A DNA stretch of 16,535 nucleotides from Chthoniobacteraceae bacterium. Its GTDB lineage: Bacteria > Verrucomicrobiota > Verrucomicrobiia > Chthoniobacterales > Chthoniobacteraceae. Made by a program: the position numbers and the translations under genes. The notes beneath the pieces are model-generated. The model was not told the origin of the DNA. It saw only the letters and a list, made by a program, of their open reading frames with translations, and made no database searches. Below are positions 8,183-16,535 of the stretch, piece by piece (the stretch's first letter is position 1; every line of letters begins with the position of its first letter). The stretch spans positions 1 to 16,535 of the forward strand of contig JBEBGD010000117.1 in the NCBI GenBank assembly GCA_040081625.1. The letters are read 5' to 3'.

Positions 8183-8985
8183 CCAAATCGTCCTGTGATG
8201 TATTCCTCGGTCTGTTTGTGCTTCGGATTCGTGAAGAGCCGCTCGGTGCGATCGAACTCGATCAGCTTGCCGAGATAGAAGAACGCCGTGACGTCCGAGC
8301 AGCGTCCGGCCTGCTGCATGTTGTGCGTCACGATCACGATCGTGTAGTCGCGCTTCAACTCGTAGATGAGTTCCTCGATCTTCGCGGTGGCGATCGGGTC
8401 CAGCGCGCTGCACGGCTCGTCCATGAGCAGAATCTCCGGCTCGTTCGCGATGGCGCGCGCGATGCACAGGCGCTGCATCTGGCCGCCGGACAAGCCGAGC
8501 GCGCTCTGGTTCAGGCGATCCTTCACCTCGTCCCACAACGCCGCGCCGCGCAGGCTGCGCTCGGCGACTTCGTCGAGCACACGCCGGTCCTTCACCCCCG
8601 CCACGCGCAGGCTATAGACGACGTTCTCGTAGATCGATTTTGGGAACGGATTCGACTTCTGGAAGATCATCCCGATCCGTTTGCGCAGCGAGATCACCTC
8701 GAGGTCGGGATCGAAGACACTGCGTCCCCGAAGCTTGATGTCGCCGCGATGATGCGTGCCGTCGATCAGGTCGTTCATGCGGTTGATGCTGCGCAGGAGC
8801 GTCGATTTCCCGCAGCCGCTCGGGCCGATGAAGGCGGTGACCATCTTCTCCGGGATCGGAAGATCGACAGCGTGCAGCGCCTGCTGCTGGCCGTAGAAAA
8901 ACGAAAAACCCTCGCACGCGATGAGGCTCGCGTGCGTGGCGACTGGATCGGCGATGACGTCGGTCGGGGCAGTCATGGAGTGCAT
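8179..8985 (-). CDS. pstB: Phosphate ABC transporter ATP-binding protein
   Basis: [58 protein letters not shown]-terminal YITGRFG. Start is 8985 or 8976. Confidence 0.98.
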   Translation of the reverse strand: MHSMTAPTDVIADPVATHASLIACEGFSFFYGQQQALHAVDLPIPEKMVTAFIGPSGCGKSTLLRSINRMNDLIDGTHHRGDIKLRGRSVFDPDLEVISLRKRIGMIFQKSNPFPKSIYENVVYSLRVAGVKDRRVLDEVAERSLRGAALWDEVKDRLNQSALGLSGGQMQRLCIARAIANEPEILLMDEPCSALDPIATAKIEELIYELKRDYTIVIVTHNMQQAGRCSDVTAFFYLGKLIEFDRTERLFTNPKHKQTEEYITGRFG

Positions 8986-9004
8986 GGCAGTTTGGCGAGG
9001 TGGT

Positions 9005-10591
9005 CTAGAATGCGCCAGTGGCATATTTGCGGCGAAGACGTTCGCGAATCAGGATCGCGGAGAGGTTGAGGACGATCACGAGCAGGATGAGGAAGAGGGT
9101 CGTGGCGAAAACCATCGGCTTCGCCGCCTCGGAATCGGGAGACTGAAAGCCGAGGTCGTAGATGTGGAAGCCGAGGTGCATGAACTTCTGGTCGAGGTGC
9201 ACGAACGGAAACGTGCCGTCGATCGGCAGGCTCGGCGCGAGCTTCACCACACCCACGAGCATGAGCGGCGCGACCTCCCCCGCCCCGCGCGCCATCGCGA
9301 GGATGAGGCCGGTGAGGATGCCGCTCGCCGATGCGGGCATCACGACGCGCTGGATCGTCTGCCACTTCGACGCGCCGCACGCGAGCGACGCCTCGCGCGC
9401 GCCGCGCGGCACGGCGGCGAGCGCTTCCTCAGTCGCGACGATGATCACGGGCACAGTCATCAGGGCAAGCGTGAGCGCCGCCCAGAAAATGCCGCCGGTG
9501 CCGAAGGTCGGCGTCGGCAGCGAATCCTTGAAGAGTGCTTCGTCCACCGCGCCGCCGACCAGATACACAAAGAAGCCGAGGCCGACGACGCCGAAGACGA
9601 TCGAAGGAACGCCGGCGAGGTTGTTCACGGCGACGCGAACCGCGCGGACCCACAGGCCCTGCTTCGCGTATTCCCGCAGATAAATGGCCGCCACGATTCC
9701 GAACGGCATCACGGCGATGCTCATCAGGAGCGTCATCACGAACGTGCCGAAGATCGCGGGGAAGATGCCGCCCTCGGTGTTGGCCTCGCGCGGTTCGTCG
9801 CTCAGGAAGGTCCAGGCGTTGTGCACGAAGCAGCCCATCTTCGCAAAAGTGCCGAGTGCGTTCGGCGCCTGGACATCGACGATCTGGCCGAGCGGGAGCG
9901 AGCGCTCCTCGCCACTTACGAGCCGGTAGCGAAGTGTCGCGGCTTGCTGAAGCTCGCGCAGCTTCCCGGCGCTCGCGGCGAGCACCTCGTAACGCGCCTG
10001 CAACTCATCGAGCGATCCGCCGCGCCGCTTCGCGCGCTCCATCGCCGCGCTGATCGCACCGATCTCGCCTTTCTCGATCCGCTCGATCTTTCCGCGGCGC
10101 TCGTCGGCCTCGCGAACGAGCGCATCAAGACGCGCGGAGAATTGCGGATCGCTTGATTCAACTGTCACGCCACCGGCTTCGAGCGCGACGGCGTAGCCGA
10201 TGGCGTCGCCGTATTCCATCCGCTCGATGACAAGGAGGTCCCGCGGATAATCCACGCGAGCGATGTCGGCGGCGTTTACGAACTTGAAGCTGAAGCCATA
10301 GGCGTCGCGGTTGCCGGTGAAGAGCTGCCACTCGATCGCACCGGATTGATCGGAGTTGCGCTGCTCCTTGACGATCCGTCCGCCGACCATCGACTGCGCA
10401 CCATCCCCGCCGGGCTTGAGCGTGATCTGCGCGACATTGTCCGGCCAGAAAACGCCGACGCCCTGCGCGACGATAAGGCCGAGCAGCCCGACAACCATGA
10501 GCAGGCCGATCGCGAGGCCCATCGAGCACATCCAAACGTAAGGCTCGCCCTTCGTGCGCACGACGCGCGGGAGTTCGTGGTTCGCGCTCAT
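9005..10591 (-). CDS. pstA: Phosphate ABC transporter permease PstA, long form with a large extracytoplasmic domain (528 aa)
   Basis: [32 protein letters not shown] loop [25 protein letters not shown], and position within the pst operon. Confidence 0.95.
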   Translation of the reverse strand: MSANHELPRVVRTKGEPYVWMCSMGLAIGLLMVVGLLGLIVAQGVGVFWPDNVAQITLKPGGDGAQSMVGGRIVKEQRNSDQSGAIEWQLFTGNRDAYGFSFKFVNAADIARVDYPRDLLVIERMEYGDAIGYAVALEAGGVTVESSDPQFSARLDALVREADERRGKIERIEKGEIGAISAAMERAKRRGGSLDELQARYEVLAASAGKLRELQQAATLRYRLVSGEERSLPLGQIVDVQAPNALGTFAKMGCFVHNAWTFLSDEPREANTEGGIFPAIFGTFVMTLLMSIAVMPFGIVAAIYLREYAKQGLWVRAVRVAVNNLAGVPSIVFGVVGLGFFVYLVGGAVDEALFKDSLPTPTFGTGGIFWAALTLALMTVPVIIVATEEALAAVPRGAREASLACGASKWQTIQRVVMPASASGILTGLILAMARGAGEVAPLMLVGVVKLAPSLPIDGTFPFVHLDQKFMHLGFHIYDLGFQSPDSEAAKPMVFATTLFLILLVIVLNLSAILIRERLRRKYATGAF

Positions 10592-10594
10592 CGG

Positions 10595-12844
10595 CTAGAC
10601 GGTTTTGAATTTCTCCCGCAGCCGCTGGCGGAGGACTTCCGCGACGGTGTTGACCGCAAACGTCATCACGAAGAGCAGCATCGCGCCGAGGAAGAGCGTG
10701 CGGTAAAGCGTGCCGTGATGCGGCGCCTCGGGCAGCTCGACGGCGATGTTCGCCGCGAGCGTGCGCATGCCGCTGAAGATGTTCAGGTCCATGATCGGCG
10801 TGTTGCCCGTGGCCATCACCACGATCATCGTCTCGCCGACCGCGCGGCCGAGACCGATCATCACCGCCGAGAAGATGCCCGCGGATGCCGTCGGCAGCAC
10901 GATATTGATCGCGGTCTGCCAGCGACTCGCCCCGAGCGCGAGCGATGCGCTGCTGAGCGATGGCGGGACATTCGAGAGCGCGTCCTCGGCGATGGTGAAG
11001 ATGATCGGGATGACCGCAAAGCCCATGACGAAGCCGACGACGAGCGAGTTGCGCTGCTGGAAATCCGCCCCGGTGACGTGCGGCCACCATTGCCGGAAAT
11101 CGGCGACGACCAGGCCCGTCGCAGGATCGACAAACGCGAAGAGCGAGCGCTCGATCACGGGCCCGAGATGCCAGCCCATCCACGCGACGAGCACGACGAT
11201 CGGAGCGAAGACGAAGAACTCGTATCCGTGCCGGATGCAGCGCCGCTTTTCATACGGCAGCCCCGCCCACACCCAGCCAAAGATCAGCGCCGACACGGGC
11301 ACGAGCACGGCGATCGCGAGGATCGATGGGATGCGTTTCTCGATGAGCGGCGCGAGCCAGAGCGCGGCGATGAAGCCCAGCACGACTGACGGCAGCGACG
11401 CCATGATCTCCATGACCGGCTTCACGTAGCGCTTCATGCGCGGATCGAGGAAGACCGCGGCGTAGAGCGCGGCAAGGAGCGCGATCGGCAGCGCGAAGAG
11501 CATCGCGTAGAGCGTGCCCTTGAGGGTTCCGACGATCAGCGGCACGAGCGAGAGTTTCGGCTCGACGTCGTCGGTGCCGCCAGCCGACTGCCACTCGTAT
11601 TTCGGTTTGCTCGCGCCTTCATACCAGATCCGGCCGAAGAACGCGCGCCAGCTCGCCTCGGGATGCGGATCGTCGAGCGAGAAAAAGTGAAGCGTGCCGG
11701 CGGCATCGAGCAGCATCAGCCGATCGTTCTTTCCGCTGATGACCGCGCGCGAGATGGCGAAGGGCAGCTTCGCCTCCCACCGGATGCTCTCGGTCGTGCT
11801 GTGTCGCAGCGATGCGGTCGTCTCACTCGCGACGAAGAAGGTCTTGTTGCGCTGGCTCGCGGCGAACGCGACCGGCGCGCCGTCGAGATTGCGGAACGTC
11901 TTCGTCTGTCCCCACAGCCGGTCGTTGCCGCCATCCGGCACGAAAAGGCTGAAGACGACATTCTCTCCGCTCTCGCTCGTGAAGCTGACGGACACATCGC
12001 CGAGGATAAAGCTCATCGTCGCGATTCGCCGGCCTGCGAACGGCGAGAAGCGCTGGCGCAACGCCATGCGATCGCCGGTGCGAAAGAAGTAATCGACCTC
12101 GCCGCCAGTCGTCCCGACGAGCAGGCCGTCGGCGTTCGAGCTCACGATCACGCGTTCCGCCGCGCCTCCCAGTTCGGCGGTCAGGTTGAAGTGCGCGCCG
12201 ACCTCGACCTTTCCCTTGCCGAGCAGCGAGCGCTTTTGCTCGAGCGTCGCGGCGTGGACCTCGCGCCGGCCATTCACCTCGCAGATCGCGGCAGCGAGCT
12301 TGTCGTCGCCGGAGTCGGCGTAGTCGAGCTGCACGATACGCGCGCCGTCAGGACCGATGCCGTAGAACGGCCCGGGCTGCGGATCGGCGCTCACGCGACC
12401 GCCCGACATCGAGTAGTTCAGCGGCACGAGCGCGAAACGCCCGTCGGTCGTCCCCACGATGACCCGCTGCTGCCGATACGCGACGGCGGTAATCGTGCGC
12501 GCCTCCTCGAACTGCGGCACGACGCGCCTCGGCTCCGCGCCATGCACGGCGTCGATGAAAGTGAGCGCGCCGTCGGGCGCGACGAGCACCGGCAGCTCCG
12601 CCCATTCATCCACCGCGAGCAGCGCCGCCGTGCCCGCGCGCACGCTCTTTTCCTCGGCGACCCGCGCGCCGTGAAAGAGCGGGAGGATCTGCGCGAGGAT
12701 GAAGACGAAGATTCCCGCGACGGCCATGATGACGAGCACACCGCCGACCTTGATGAAGCCGGTCATGAACTGATCGAACCACAGCGTGCGCTTCGCGACG
12801 CGGAAGCGCGCGGGGAGTTCGTCGGTCGGCGGTGCGGTCGGCAT
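10595..12844 (-). CDS. pstC: Phosphate ABC transporter permease PstC, long form with a beta-rich extracytoplasmic domain (749 aa)
   Basis: IWYEG…WQS…EPKLSLVPLIVGTLK, EIMASLPSVVLG, SLALGASRWQT, GRAVGETMIVVMATGN, RTLAANIAVELPEA. Confidence 0.93.
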   Translation of the reverse strand: MPTAPPTDELPARFRVAKRTLWFDQFMTGFIKVGGVLVIMAVAGIFVFILAQILPLFHGARVAEEKSVRAGTAALLAVDEWAELPVLVAPDGALTFIDAVHGAEPRRVVPQFEEARTITAVAYRQQRVIVGTTDGRFALVPLNYSMSGGRVSADPQPGPFYGIGPDGARIVQLDYADSGDDKLAAAICEVNGRREVHAATLEQKRSLLGKGKVEVGAHFNLTAELGGAAERVIVSSNADGLLVGTTGGEVDYFFRTGDRMALRQRFSPFAGRRIATMSFILGDVSVSFTSESGENVVFSLFVPDGGNDRLWGQTKTFRNLDGAPVAFAASQRNKTFFVASETTASLRHSTTESIRWEAKLPFAISRAVISGKNDRLMLLDAAGTLHFFSLDDPHPEASWRAFFGRIWYEGASKPKYEWQSAGGTDDVEPKLSLVPLIVGTLKGTLYAMLFALPIALLAALYAAVFLDPRMKRYVKPVMEIMASLPSVVLGFIAALWLAPLIEKRIPSILAIAVLVPVSALIFGWVWAGLPYEKRRCIRHGYEFFVFAPIVVLVAWMGWHLGPVIERSLFAFVDPATGLVVADFRQWWPHVTGADFQQRNSLVVGFVMGFAVIPIIFTIAEDALSNVPPSLSSASLALGASRWQTAINIVLPTASAGIFSAVMIGLGRAVGETMIVVMATGNTPIMDLNIFSGMRTLAANIAVELPEAPHHGTLYRTLFLGAMLLFVMTFAVNTVAEVLRQRLREKFKTV

Positions 12845-12853
12845 TCGGCGCGG

Positions 12854-13822
12854 CTACTTTGCGAGCTTCTTGATTTCCTCGTCCGCGATCTCCGGCGGCA
12901 GCGGGAAGTAACCGTCCTTCACGACGACCTGCTGCCCTTCCTTGCTCACCACGAACTTCAGAAACTCGCTGGTAAGCGCGTCGAGCGGCTGACCGGGTTT
13001 CTTGTTCACGTAAACGAGTAGGAAGCGCGCCATCGGGTAATCACCGCTCAGGCAGTTCGCGTAGGTCGGCTCGACGGACTTTCCATCCGGCTTCGCGGAG
13101 AGCGGCACCACGCGCACGCCGCTGGTCTTGTAGCCGATGCCCGAGTAGCCGACGCCCGCGAGATCGCTACCGATGCCCTGCACGACCGACGACGAGCCCG
13201 GCTGCTCCTTCACGGTCGGCTTGAAGTCGCCTTTCTGTAGCGCGTGCTCCTTGAAAAATCCGTAGGTGCCCGAGGCGCTGTTGCGTCCGTAGAGCGAGAT
13301 GGGACGCGACGCCCACACGCCGGTCAGACCGAGTTCGCCCCACTTCGCGACGCTCTTGCCGCCTGCCTTCAGCGTGCTCGAGAAGATCGAGTCCACCTGC
13401 TGGAGGCTGAGCCCCACGATCGGGTTGTCCTTGTGCACGAACACCGCGAGCGAATCGACCGCGACACGAATCTCCGTCGGCTTGTAGCCGAACTTTTTCT
13501 CGAACCGGTCGATCTCGTCGCCCTTCATCTCGCGGCTCATCGGCCCGAGCTGCGCGGTGGCTTCGATCAGCGCGGGCGGCGCGGTGGCCGAGCCTTTGCC
13601 TTCGATCTGGATGTTCACGTTCGGATACACGCCCTTGAAGCTCTCCGCCCACAGCGCCATCAAGTTGTTGAGCGTGTCGGAGCCGATCGAGTTGAGGTTG
13701 CCGCCGACGCCGGAGGTCTTCGCGTAGTCGGGCAGCTTCGGGTCCACCTCGACCTTCTCAGCGGTCGCTACGGTGGTGGTGAAAACGCTCGCGGCCAGCG
13801 CGAGCACGAGGGTCTTGGTCAT
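12854..13822 (-). CDS. pstS: Periplasmic phosphate-binding protein, Pseudomonas PstS-like type
   Basis: Signal peptide [21 protein letters not shown] (start 13822 or 13831). [51 protein letters not shown]. Confidence 0.95.
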   Translation of the reverse strand: MTKTLVLALAASVFTTTVATAEKVEVDPKLPDYAKTSGVGGNLNSIGSDTLNNLMALWAESFKGVYPNVNIQIEGKGSATAPPALIEATAQLGPMSREMKGDEIDRFEKKFGYKPTEIRVAVDSLAVFVHKDNPIVGLSLQQVDSIFSSTLKAGGKSVAKWGELGLTGVWASRPISLYGRNSASGTYGFFKEHALQKGDFKPTVKEQPGSSSVVQGIGSDLAGVGYSGIGYKTSGVRVVPLSAKPDGKSVEPTYANCLSGDYPMARFLLVYVNKKPGQPLDALTSEFLKFVVSKEGQQVVVKDGYFPLPPEIADEEIKKLAK

Positions 13823-13849
13823 TGGGATCATGTGTTGGAAAGGAATGGC

Positions 13850-13884
13850 GCGGGGCACCGCTAAGCGCCGCCCCGCACCGGGGC
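13850..13884. other. GC-rich stem-loop between the porin gene and pstS
   Basis: GCGGGGC (13850-13856) pairs with GCCCCGC (13870-13876). An alternative pairing joins GCCCC (13870-13874) with GGGGC (13880-13884). No clear U-tract. Confidence 0.35.
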
Positions 13885-13915
13885 AAAGTGTGGAGTGTTA
13901 CGTTTGCGCGACGCG

Positions 13916-15424
13916 TTAGAACTTGATCTGGAGATCGAAGATCGCCGTGTGCACGTCGTTGGTGTTGGCGATGGAGTTGCCGCCTGTGGCTTCTCCCCCG
14001 CTCAGGTCCTGGCGGATGTTCCAGCCGTAGGAATAGAGAAGGCCGACGGTCAGGAAGTCGTTGATATTATACAGCCCCGTCGCGGTGAAGCCGCGCAGCC
14101 CGAGCTGGCTCCCGAAGATGTCCGAGTCGTTGAGGTTCGGATCGATCGCGCCCACGCCCTGCTGCCGGTAGTCGAACGACATCGACCAGTCGCCGCGCTT
14201 GCGGTTATCTCCGAACTTTATCCCCGTCAGGAAGGCGATGTCATCGACGTTGCTGTGCTTCTTGCGCAGGTCGTCGGGATCGTTCTCCGGCGAGGCGAGC
14301 TCGACGAGATTGTAAACGTCCTCGACGCGTTTGCGGCCTTCGATGTTGTAGGAGAAGTCCCAGTAGAACCTGGTCTTGAGCCCGCCCAGCTTGAACGAGA
14401 TGTCGCCCGGCAGCAGCAGCAGGTTCAGGTTGCGCGTGGCGCCGGAGACGAAGCGATTGTCGTTAAACGCGCCCTTGTTCCCTACATCCGAGAGCGAGCC
14501 ATTGATGTAGGTGAGGTAGCCCGGCGCGATCGTCGCCTTCACACCGTTGTCGAATTTGTAGCTGCCGACGAACTGCGTGTAGAAGAGCCACGCATCGGTG
14601 CTCGAGTCATTGTCGAAGTTTGCCTCGAGGTTGTTGTCGAAGACGAACTGTCCGGCGTTGAGCGTCAGTTCCCACGGCTTCTCGACCGGCTTCAGCATCT
14701 TCTTGCCGTCCTTGTCGAGGCCCTCGTCGAACTGCTCCTCACCGAGCTTGTGGAAGGCGATCGATTCAAACACGCCGGTCGGATTCAGATCTCCGTCCCA
14801 CATCATGTTCGTGTTGTAGAAATAGCCCGGCATCTTGCCGCCCACGAGCATCACGCCCTTCGTCGGTTCCCAGCCCATGTAGGCGCGGCTGATGAAGATG
14901 TCGTAGTCGGAGAATCCGTTCTCGAAGTTCTGGTTCCCGCTGTCGCTGACCTGGCCGGTCTGCAGCTCCACCCCGGCGAAGAGATTGTCGGTGAACTGGT
15001 AGTCCGCATTCAACCGGAGACGGAAACGGAACCGGCCGTCCTGCGTGCCCGACGAGCTGCGATCCTTCTCGTTGCGGTCGCTGTGAACGCCGACGCCCGG
15101 CTCGAATTGCGCGTCCGTTGCGTCGTATTGATAGCGCAGCCGCAGATCGCCGTAGAGCTTCAGCTTCTCCAGCGGCTTCGAGAGATCGAACTTCGACTCC
15201 GCCGGCAGCACCGCAGCCGCCTTCGCCGCCGCGACCTTTGCCTCCTTCGCCTTTTCCTTCGCCACCTCGGCGCGGACCGTTGTGGCTTCGCCTTCGGTCA
15301 GCACGCCTTTTCGGACGAGCACCTTGAGCAGGATGTCGGATTCATCCGCGTGCGCGAAAGGCGCGACGGATACAGCAAACGCCGCGATGACGGCGGGAGT
15401 GAGTTTCGTGTATGTGAGCTTCAT
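13916..15424 (-). CDS. Putative outer-membrane porin (Porin_5-like beta-barrel), likely for phosphate/anion uptake (502 aa)
   Basis: The ATG at 15424 gives the signal peptide MKLTYTKLTPAVIAAFAVSVAPFAHA. LLKVLVRKGVLTEGEA N-terminal segment, alternating beta-strands (YGDLRLRYQY, RFRFRLRLNADY), and a C-terminal Phe (FDLQIKF). First gene of the pst run. Confidence 0.85.
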   Translation of the reverse strand: MKLTYTKLTPAVIAAFAVSVAPFAHADESDILLKVLVRKGVLTEGEATTVRAEVAKEKAKEAKVAAAKAAAVLPAESKFDLSKPLEKLKLYGDLRLRYQYDATDAQFEPGVGVHSDRNEKDRSSSGTQDGRFRFRLRLNADYQFTDNLFAGVELQTGQVSDSGNQNFENGFSDYDIFISRAYMGWEPTKGVMLVGGKMPGYFYNTNMMWDGDLNPTGVFESIAFHKLGEEQFDEGLDKDGKKMLKPVEKPWELTLNAGQFVFDNNLEANFDNDSSTDAWLFYTQFVGSYKFDNGVKATIAPGYLTYINGSLSDVGNKGAFNDNRFVSGATRNLNLLLLPGDISFKLGGLKTRFYWDFSYNIEGRKRVEDVYNLVELASPENDPDDLRKKHSNVDDIAFLTGIKFGDNRKRGDWSMSFDYRQQGVGAIDPNLNDSDIFGSQLGLRGFTATGLYNINDFLTVGLLYSYGWNIRQDLSGGEATGGNSIANTNDVHTAIFDLQIKF

Positions 15425-15483
15425 GGTTTGATTGGTTTGGGTTTCTGACGAGTTGCGACTGCGCGGCGTATGTGGCGCAGCCG

Positions 15484-15523
15484 AGTGGCAGCCAGATGGC
15501 GGCTTTGTGACATTCCTGTGACA
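15484..15523 (-). promoter_or_regulatory. Pho-box-like array of 11-bp-period direct repeats upstream of the porin-pst operon
   Basis: The minus strand reads TGTCACAggaa TGTCACAaagc CGCCATCtggc TGCCACT. The two identical TGTCACA half-sites (15517-23, 15506-12) resemble the PhoB consensus CTGTCA(T/C), and two weaker ones follow in register. Confidence 0.75.
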
Positions 15524-15572
15524 CCGCACCGCGCTTGCGCCGCGCACACGCGCGCGCTTACGGTGCGCGGCC

Positions 15573-16472
15573 TTGCCCGACACCGCCGCGCCCGCGCCAT
15601 TGCTCTTCGACTCGGCTTTCCTCGCAAAGCTCGAGCAGCTCCACCTCCTCGCGAAGCGCCTCTTCCGCGGCGAGCACCGCGCGGAGCGCCGCTCGCGGCA
15701 GGTCGGTTCGTCGCTCGAGTTCGCCGACTACCGCAACTACTCGTGGGGCGACGAGCCGCGCACGATCGACTGGGCCGTCTATGCTCGGCTTGACCGGCTT
15801 TTCGTGAAGCTCTTCGAGCAGGAGCGCGATCTCGACGTTCACTTCCTCATCGACGCCAGCGCGTCGATGCGATGGGCGCCCGCCAAGCTCGACCAGGCGT
15901 GCCGCATCGCCGCCGCGCTCGGCTACATCGCGCTCGCGAATCTCGATCGCGTCAACGTCTGCTGGTTCGGCGAGACGCTAGGCGAGGACACCGGGCTCAC
16001 CCGCGGGAAGCCGCAGTTTCACGCCATACTCGAGTATCTCCGCGCCGCACCACTCGCCGGGGAGAAGACCTCGCTGCTCGCCACCGCGCGCGCCTTCACC
16101 AAGCGACTCAAGCGCACCGGCCTCGTCTTTGTGCTCTCGGATTTTCTCGATCCCGCCGGCCACGAGGAAGCGCTGAGCCTGCTGCGACATCATCAATTCG
16201 AGCTGCACCTCGTCCATGTGCTCGCCCCCGCTGAGATCGCGCCCAAACTGCTCGGCGACTTGCGCCTGACCGAATGCGAGAGCGGCGCGCAGTGCGAGAT
16301 CACCGCGTCCGAGGCGCTCGTGCGCGACTACCGCGCGGCCTTCGCCGCGTGGCTCGAAGAGCTCGAGCAATTCTGCCTGCGCCGCGGCATCGGCTACGCC
16401 CGCGCCACCACCGAAGTCCCCTTCGAGGATCTCGTCCTGCGCGTGTTGCGGGATGGGATGATGCTGCGGTGA
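15573..16472 (+). CDS. DUF58 domain-containing protein (VWA-like, MoxR-associated family)
   Basis: 299 aa, TTG start (uncertain). GEHRA..GSSLEFADYRNY..GD…IDWAVYAR…VKLFEQE, MIDAS-like DASAS, and VLSDFL. Confidence 0.92.
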   Translation: MPDTAAPAPLLFDSAFLAKLEQLHLLAKRLFRGEHRAERRSRQVGSSLEFADYRNYSWGDEPRTIDWAVYARLDRLFVKLFEQERDLDVHFLIDASASMRWAPAKLDQACRIAAALGYIALANLDRVNVCWFGETLGEDTGLTRGKPQFHAILEYLRAAPLAGEKTSLLATARAFTKRLKRTGLVFVLSDFLDPAGHEEALSLLRHHQFELHLVHVLAPAEIAPKLLGDLRLTECESGAQCEITASEALVRDYRAAFAAWLEELEQFCLRRGIGYARATTEVPFEDLVLRVLRDGMMLR

Positions 16473-16474
16473 GT

Positions 16475-16503
16475 CGTTTGGCGTTTGGCGTTTGGCGTTT
16501 GGC
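16475..16503. repeat. Heptamer tandem repeat (CGTTTGG)x4
   Basis: Four perfect copies start 2 nt after the DUF58 stop codon. Confidence 0.9.
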
Positions 16504-16535
16504 CCGCCGCGGGCGTCGTCGCTCGAAGCGAGACG

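Noticed and set aside
8183..8536. 118-aa N-terminal extension of PhoU in the ORF track
   Set aside because: It lies within pstB in another frame. The PhoU-like sequence starts at 8182 with an ATGA overlap.
8921..13021. Long + strand ORFs 8921..10156, 10346..11389 and 11663..13021
   Set aside because: Antisense shadows of pstA and pstC with no domain-like content.
13895..15448. 517-aa + strand ORF antisense to the porin
   Set aside because: Codon-aligned mirror of the porin, kept open by stop scarcity in GC-rich DNA. The - strand product has the signal peptide and barrel signature.
15425..15583. 53-aa N-terminal extension of the porin
   Set aside because: It spans the Pho-box region and overlaps the DUF58 start. 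The signal peptide begins at 15424.

Overview
GC-rich bacterial DNA, probably Verrucomicrobiota/Chthoniobacterales-like (inferred from DUF1501, DUF58, FG-GAP proteins and absent Shine-Dalgarno sites). On the + strand at left: the possible tail of an upstream gene, a REP-doublet (REPIN-like) inverted repeat, a secreted FG-GAP-repeat gene split by a 1-bp deletion, and a DUF1501 gene. A tightly packed 8-gene run on the - strand reads putative porin, pstS, pstC, pstA, pstB, phoU, an uncharacterised secreted OB-fold protein, then uvrB, and is headed by an 11-bp-period Pho-box-like array. A divergent DUF58/VWA gene and a 7-bp tandem repeat close the window. Most of the window is housekeeping. The best candidate for something undescribed is the extension of the phosphate-uptake operon into the secreted OB-fold protein and a UvrB carrying a ~55-aa insertion. 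This is a hypothesis from gene layout, not an established system. No CRISPR array, rRNA, tRNA or transposase was seen.
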